From: Candidatus Sulfomarinibacteraceae bacterium
GTDB taxonomy: Bacteria > Acidobacteriota > Thermoanaerobaculia > Thermoanaerobaculales > Sulfomarinibacteraceae
Assembly (NCBI GenBank): GCA_041552055.1
Contig: JBFELO010000007.1
Span: forward strand, 564 to 64,563
DNA length: 64,000 nucleotides
Reading direction: 5' to 3'
Part shown: positions 59,048 through 64,000 of the stretch, one piece after another
Layout of the letters: each line of letters begins with the position of its first letter
How positions within the stretch are numbered: position 1 is the first letter of the stretch
The notes under the pieces: generated by a model
The model's database searches: none
What the model saw: only the letters and a program-made list of their open reading frames with translations
Told to the model about the DNA's origin: nothing
Translations under genes and position numbers: made by a program

Positions 59048-60769
59048 ATGCTGAGTCGGAGATGCATGTGTGTACTCGTGTCGATAGTGGCGATAGCGTC
59101 GGCGGTCGCCGCAGATGAATCAGCAGGACATGGAGAAGCCGCTGCCGATACCGCCAAATCGGTGACCACGGCCAAGACCGCGATCGAAGGACACGTCTCC
59201 GACCCATCGGGTGAGACCTACGGTGTGGTCGGCGTGAGCAACTCGCCGGACGGTGCCGGGCTTGGCGCGGCCAACACCGGCGGTGGTCCGGATCTCGTGC
59301 TGGACGGCGGAGGCGATCCGGACGCGATCCTGACCGAGGCCGGGATCGACCGGCCCTCGGCGTCGCTTCAGACGTTTACCCTGCACAACTCCGGTGGCGG
59401 CGGTCTCGACCTGTACGTGGAGGGGACCCTGTTCGGTAACGGCGTTGGCCTGACGCACGTCGACGCGGCATCGCTCGGCGGGTCCTTCGCGGGGGAGTTC
59501 GCTCTGGACGTCGACCTGGCGACCAGCGGCTCGTCGTCGGTCCACTGGGACAACGTCACGAGTGCCCCGACCGGCCTGGCGGACGGCGACGACGACACCC
59601 TCGGCGGGCTCGAGTGCGGCGAAGCCCAGATCGCCAAGTGGAACGGGTCGAGCTGGATCTGCTCGCACGACGTCGGGGTGGCGTACGCGCGCACCCGCGT
59701 GGTCGGGCCGGTCGGCACACCGCCGGAGAACGGTGCCACGTTGCTGGACGCGATCGCGGGCATCCCGACGCCGGCGTCGCAAGAGGAGGCCTGGCTGCTC
59801 AAGATCGAGCCCGGGGTGTACGACGTGGGTTCGGCATCGTTCGAGATGAAGAGCTGGGTGGACGTGGAGGGATCGGGCGAAGGGGTGACGCTGATTCGTG
59901 GTGCGATCTGCGAAACCGGTTGGACGATCACGACCGGTGTGGTCGAAGGTGCCGAATCTGCCGAACTCCGATCGCTCACGGTGGAGAACACGTGCTCCGG
60001 GACCAACATGTCGTCCACGGGCATCTACAACCAGGGAGACAACGCCCGGTTCAGCCACGTCACCGCCAGCGTCTTCGGCGCTGCCGAGTACAACCATGCC
60101 GTGTATAACGAAGGGCTCGACGTGGTCTTCGAGTTCATCACCGCCGAGTCCGGTGGGGCGACAGACACCAACCGAGGCCTGGTGGACGGAGGCATCGGGG
60201 TGAGGATCACCAACGCCCGGGTCAGCGGACTGGCAGGGGGTGACACAAGTACCGGTTTAGAGCTGTTCGGAGGTTGGACCGCAGTGTCCGACGTCGAGGT
60301 GATCGCGCGCAACGCGACTGCATCTACGTGGGCGGTGTTCAACGGCGCGAGCGACGTGGTGTTCACGAACCTGACTGCAAGGGCTTCCTCCACCCACGGT
60401 GGAGAGCAGATCGGGATGTTTGCCTCTCAGGGTGGATTCACCTTGGTGGACAGCAGCATCCAGGCCGAGGACGCAGCGCAGCTCGACTCCCTGGAAGGAG
60501 GGACGGTCGTGCTCGACAACGCGACGTTGAACGGCTCCCGTTATGGGATTCACGCCGACGTCTCCCCTCTCTCCGGCTCCGTGGACATCTACATCAATCA
60601 CAGCGTGGTGCGCGGACCGACGAACAGCTTGAGGTTCGACTACACCGACGTGTTCGTAGGTGGATCTCAGATCGCGGGTGGGGCTGTGTCCAATCTGGGG
60701 TCCGGGACCATAGCCTGCGCCGGGGTGTGGGACGAGGGATACACCTTTTACCCAAGCACGTGTCCGTAG
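59048..60769 (+). CDS. Secreted protein with a right-handed beta-helix (pectin-lyase-like) domain
   Basis: Signal peptide, SD GGGGAGG; AKWNGSSWIC; LLKIEPGVYD, VDVEGSGEGVTLI, then beta-helix-like repeats. Confidence 0.8.
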   Translation: MLSRRCMCVLVSIVAIASAVAADESAGHGEAAADTAKSVTTAKTAIEGHVSDPSGETYGVVGVSNSPDGAGLGAANTGGGPDLVLDGGGDPDAILTEAGIDRPSASLQTFTLHNSGGGGLDLYVEGTLFGNGVGLTHVDAASLGGSFAGEFALDVDLATSGSSSVHWDNVTSAPTGLADGDDDTLGGLECGEAQIAKWNGSSWICSHDVGVAYARTRVVGPVGTPPENGATLLDAIAGIPTPASQEEAWLLKIEPGVYDVGSASFEMKSWVDVEGSGEGVTLIRGAICETGWTITTGVVEGAESAELRSLTVENTCSGTNMSSTGIYNQGDNARFSHVTASVFGAAEYNHAVYNEGLDVVFEFITAESGGATDTNRGLVDGGIGVRITNARVSGLAGGDTSTGLELFGGWTAVSDVEVIARNATASTWAVFNGASDVVFTNLTARASSTHGGEQIGMFASQGGFTLVDSSIQAEDAAQLDSLEGGTVVLDNATLNGSRYGIHADVSPLSGSVDIYINHSVVRGPTNSLRFDYTDVFVGGSQIAGGAVSNLGSGTIACAGVWDEGYTFYPSTCP

Positions 60770-60780
60770 TTGGCTGACCC

Positions 60781-60826
60781 GTGGGGAGGAGCAGTAAGCA
60801 GGGAGCAGTAAGCAGCAAGCAGTGGG
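60781..60826 (-). repeat. G-tract plus heptamer repeat (AGCAGNN)x5
   Basis: gtggggagg agcagta agcaggg agcagta agcagca agcagtg. Confidence 0.7.
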
Positions 60827-60841
60827 CCGTTTAGGACGCCC

Positions 60842-61007
60842 CGGGGTGTCAGAACGTCGAAGCGAAAGGCAGGCTGACCACAGCGCCTCCTGCGGGCGTG
60901 CCGTCTTTCACAATGTTGGGACCACCCCGCCCGGTGGAGCGGTTCTCTTGAGCCCCAACATTGTGACAGGGGACACCCGCGGGAAGCACCTCGGGGAGAG
61001 GGCGCGT
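60842..61007 (+). repeat. ~170 bp structured dispersed element, copy 2
   Basis: TGCGGGCGTGCCGTCTTT-CACAATGTTGGGA...CCCAACATTGTG...CACCCGCGGG...GGAGAGGGCGCGT shared with copy 1. Confidence 0.8.
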
Positions 61008-61043
61008 TGCAGCATCGAGCATCTGGGTGGGTGGGTGGTGAGA

Positions 61044-61724
61044 TCACACCTGCTTGGTCTTGGTGCGATCGTCGATCGCGACAAACCGAAACGTCGCCAC
61101 GTTGACGCCGATCCGGATCTCGTCGGCATTGGCCAGCCGTGCCGGCTCGGCGACTCGCTCTCCGCGGAGAAATGTCCCGTTCTTGCTCCCTAGATCATGG
61201 AGGGTCACTCCGTCGTCTTCGACCGTGATTGAGGCGTGCCGCCGGGACACCTCGGGGTCGTCGATCCGGACCGTGGCATCGGGCCCTCGTCCGATCAGAT
61301 TCACGCCCTCTGCCAGAGGGAACTCGGCGTCGTCCGAGGTGATCTTGAACCGTGGGAGTGGGGCAGGCGCGGAGACCGGCGCACCGTCGTGAAGCATCAC
61401 CCGCGCCACCGGTCGGTATCCGCGGCGAGGTATCGTCTCGATGTAGCGTGGATGCCGGGCATCGTCGCCCAGCGCGGTCCTCAGCTCTGCGATGACGTGC
61501 GTGAGCGCGTTCTCGGACACGAACTCGGTGTGCCACACGGTGTCGATCAGGTGCTGCTTGGTGGCAAGCCGCCCGTCCAGATCGGCCAGGCACACCAGCA
61601 CCTCCATCGCGCGAGGTCTCAGCTGTACGACGTGATCGTCCCGCAAGATGCGATCGAGGGTTGGCTCGACCGTCCAGTCGCCGAGCTCGAATCGGCCGCG
61701 CGCTCCGGTTGCGGGTGACGTCAC
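61044..61724 (-). CDS. Winged-helix (OmpR/CadC-type) DNA-binding domain plus FHA domain regulator
   Basis: L...IAELR.ALGDD...PRYIETIPRRGYR; IGRG...VSRRHA...DLGSKNGT. Confidence 0.92.
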   Translation of the reverse strand: MTSPATGARGRFELGDWTVEPTLDRILRDDHVVQLRPRAMEVLVCLADLDGRLATKQHLIDTVWHTEFVSENALTHVIAELRTALGDDARHPRYIETIPRRGYRPVARVMLHDGAPVSAPAPLPRFKITSDDAEFPLAEGVNLIGRGPDATVRIDDPEVSRRHASITVEDDGVTLHDLGSKNGTFLRGERVAEPARLANADEIRIGVNVATFRFVAIDDRTKTKQV

Positions 61725-61786
61725 GTCACGAGCATGATAATCGACCCTTGCCCGAGGAGGCGCGCTCGGTCAACTGCACTCAGCGA

Positions 61787-62344
61787 TCAGAACTCGCACG
61801 CGTGTCTTACCAACTCGTTGATCGCGCTCCCTGGTGCAGCGTGTGGATCGTGCGGCCACTCGTCAGTGCCGGCGTGGTGGAGCGCCTCGTGGAGGAGCAC
61901 GGCCGCGGCTCTCTCGTCCGACAGCCAAGCGAACCGGCGGCACAGCCAGGTCGGTGCGCCGCCCACCAGGGTGTAGGCATAGGCGTGTGGGCAGACCCGC
62001 TTCTCCATCTTGAGCTCGGCCCTGTAGTAGAGGGTTTTTGACAGGACTTCGATGCCGTCGGCGCCGAGCTCGGTAAACAGGTCGGCGCAGGCGGGTACCT
62101 CGTGTACGCGCTGCAGAGCCAACTGGAAACCGGCCTCGATCTTGGTGCAAAGTGGTCCCGGTACACGGCGGTTGATCCGCGGGATGGTCGGCCTATCGTG
62201 TGCTGAGGGGGCGGTGGCGGCCATGGCTGATACAGCGACGTGATCGGCGGACTCGGCCGACGTGCCGGCATCCGCGACCATCGGCGCCACGCAGATCAGT
62301 GCCGAGTGAATGAGCCACCGACCCGGGCATCGTGGTGATCTCAT
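61787..62344 (-). CDS. Small secreted HEXXH (zincin-like) protein
   Basis: SD GGGGAGG; signal-like N-terminus; AYAYT..G...WLC..F...AAVLLHEALH; several Cys. Confidence 0.7.
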   Translation of the reverse strand: MRSPRCPGRWLIHSALICVAPMVADAGTSAESADHVAVSAMAATAPSAHDRPTIPRINRRVPGPLCTKIEAGFQLALQRVHEVPACADLFTELGADGIEVLSKTLYYRAELKMEKRVCPHAYAYTLVGGAPTWLCRRFAWLSDERAAAVLLHEALHHAGTDEWPHDPHAAPGSAINELVRHACEF

Positions 62345-62495
62345 GAGCGCCTCCCCGGGCGGGGAGGCCATCTGTCATCCGAATCCTCAACGCCTCGTCG
62401 CCCTGACGCTCACGGTCAGTCCGGGCGGGGCGAAAGAAATGTGACGCTGGTGTGGTGTTGATGTCAGATTCGTGACAATCGCCGGGCGAGGCCCT

Positions 62496-63569
62496 CTAGT
62501 CAGAATCTCGAAGGCGTTCCTGGAAGAGCTCACCGAGCTCTGCGAGCGCGTCGAGGTCGGTCGGTTCGTCTTCGAAAAGGGGCAACACCACGAGTGGGTG
62601 TGAGCTGCCGAGCAGCGACTGCAGCTCCCGCACTCCCTGATGGTCCCGTTCGCCGAGCCAGGCCAACAGGTGGCGGCCGTCGATCTTGCCGGGACCGAGA
62701 TCGCGGGGGGTGGTGTCGCCGGGGACGGCAGGGTGCACCCTGTTGACCACGACCGGACCCAGTCGGTAGCCGGCCTCCTTGAGGCGGCGGGCAAAGAACA
62801 GGGTGTCGGCCACGCGTTGGTGGCCGGGACCGCTGACCAGTACGAAAACGGTGTTTTCGGAACGGAGGAGTTGCTGCACCTCGACGGCGCGCTCGCGGAA
62901 GCCGTCGTACAGCGGCGCGAACGCCTGGAAGAACTCGGCCATGTCGCGCAGCAGCTCCAAGCCGACCATGCGGTCGAAAAACGTCTCCACGTTGCGTCCG
63001 ACCAGCCCGAGCTTCGACGTGGCGCGGAGCTTGCCGTCGGCGTCGAACCATGGTTTTAGGGCGATCCGTGTCGCTCCGCTGTCGAGGAAGCCGACGATCC
63101 GTTCAGGGGCGCCGAGGAAGTCGAGGGCCTGGCGGGTGGGCGGGGTGTCGAGGATCACGCGGTCGTGCTTCGCCTCGGCGGCGACCTCGAACAGACGCTC
63201 CGAGGCCATGTACTCCAGGACTCCGGCCAGGCCGCCGGAGAGCTGGGCGTAGAACCTGTTGGTGAGGATTCTGTCGCGCGCCCCCCGATCCGGAGCGTAC
63301 CGCTCGATGAGCCGGTCGAAGGTGCGTTGGGCGTCGAGCAGGCTCGCCCACAGTCGACCGTCGGTGCGCGAGGCGACCTCGGTCTCGACGTCGCGGGCCG
63401 AGTCGTCGACGCCGAGGGCATCCTTCAGGCGCAGCGAGGGGTCGAAGGTCATCACCAGGGTGTCGTGGCCACGGTTTGCCGCGGACAGACCCATGGCGGC
63501 CGCGAGGGTCGTTTTGCCGACGCCGCCGGAGCCAACCACGATGACGAGGGGATGGTCGAGGGGAGTCAT
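62496..63569 (-). CDS. ArsA/GET3-related P-loop ATPase
   Basis: GSGGVGKTT, MTFDP, EYMA.E.L, ILDTPPT..ALDFL.AP, VVNR; ATGA overlap with the upstream gene. Confidence 0.9.
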   Translation of the reverse strand: MTPLDHPLVIVVGSGGVGKTTLAAAMGLSAANRGHDTLVMTFDPSLRLKDALGVDDSARDVETEVASRTDGRLWASLLDAQRTFDRLIERYAPDRGARDRILTNRFYAQLSGGLAGVLEYMASERLFEVAAEAKHDRVILDTPPTRQALDFLGAPERIVGFLDSGATRIALKPWFDADGKLRATSKLGLVGRNVETFFDRMVGLELLRDMAEFFQAFAPLYDGFRERAVEVQQLLRSENTVFVLVSGPGHQRVADTLFFARRLKEAGYRLGPVVVNRVHPAVPGDTTPRDLGPGKIDGRHLLAWLGERDHQGVRELQSLLGSSHPLVVLPLFEDEPTDLDALAELGELFQERLRDSD

Positions 63570-64000
63570 CCGCTCGACCTCTCCGCCCACTCCATGTGGC
63601 GACCCAGAATTCCCACCAGCTGCGGGCCGGGGTCCACGGGCAACAGTGGGAACTCCACCGTCGGGCCGGACCACGCCTCGGCCAACCGGCCGAGCTCGCG
63701 CTCGTTCACGGTGCGGCGATGGCTCCACAGGTCGTCGGCCTCGTCGCCGTGGTCGAGGTCACCGGCGAAGGGTGGGTACAGGGCGTTGACCACGATGCCG
63801 TCCGGCTGCCTGGACATGCGCGTGGCGAGTCCCTCCAGCAGCTCGAGACACTCCTGTACCGGCATCTCTTCCGCAATTGTCACGGCGACGATGCCGAAGC
63901 GGTCGCTGTCGTGCGTGAAGGCGGTGAGCTCGGCCGCCATGTGGCCCACGGGACCGCTGCGGATCACCTCGGAGATCAGCTGCGGTGCGGTCAGCCAGGA
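63566..64000 (-). CDS. ArsA/GET3-related ATPase, partner subunit (5' end outside the window)
   Basis: SGPVG, VTIAEEMPVQE, IVVN; typical of the first gene in tandem ArsA-like pairs. Confidence 0.8.
   Translation of the reverse strand, partial: SWLTAPQLISEVIRSGPVGHMAAELTAFTHDSDRFGIVAVTIAEEMPVQECLELLEGLATRMSRQPDGIVVNALYPPFAGDLDHGDEADDLWSHRRTVNERELGRLAEAWSGPTVEFPLLPVDPGPQLVGILGRHMEWAERSSG

Noticed and set aside
47152-61000. Intact prophage or integrative element after tRNA-Leu
   Set aside because: No integrase, transposase or phage structural genes, and no distal att copy was seen.

Overview
GC-rich bacterial chromosomal window. The gene content (alternative complex III, Thr-type sulfatase-like proteins ending in L-x-ALGY, wHTH-FHA regulator, DUF6600, IPTL-CTERM, many secreted repeat proteins) suggests an Acidobacteriota genome, possibly Thermoanaerobaculia; this is an inference. 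It holds about 50 CDSs: an OPT transporter, DUF4097 proteins, an Ntn asparaginase/pcm divergent pair, a stand-alone PurF-like enzyme, a HAL2 PAP phosphatase, three sulfatase-like proteins, glgA, ltaE, an act (ACIII) operon with an ActC-ActD fusion, a PLD, fxsA, two tandem citrate-synthase-like genes, an ArsR regulator, a run of secreted proteins and an ArsA/GET3-like ATPase pair. There is one tRNA-Leu(CAA) with a duplicated 3' end. No CRISPR array, transposase or integrase was seen. The best candidate for an undescribed system is the pair of translationally coupled citrate-synthase paralogues with reciprocal active-site losses, consistent with a heterodimer that has one active site and a changed substrate. 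Other notable items: a structured ~170 bp dispersed element with a compensatory change, a modular heptamer/C-tract repeat family, widespread apparent leaderless genes, an apparently exported isoaspartate-handling pair, a degenerate Swt1-like HEPN protein and a frameshifted fibre-like gene. All family assignments come from motif recognition by eye, with no database searches.
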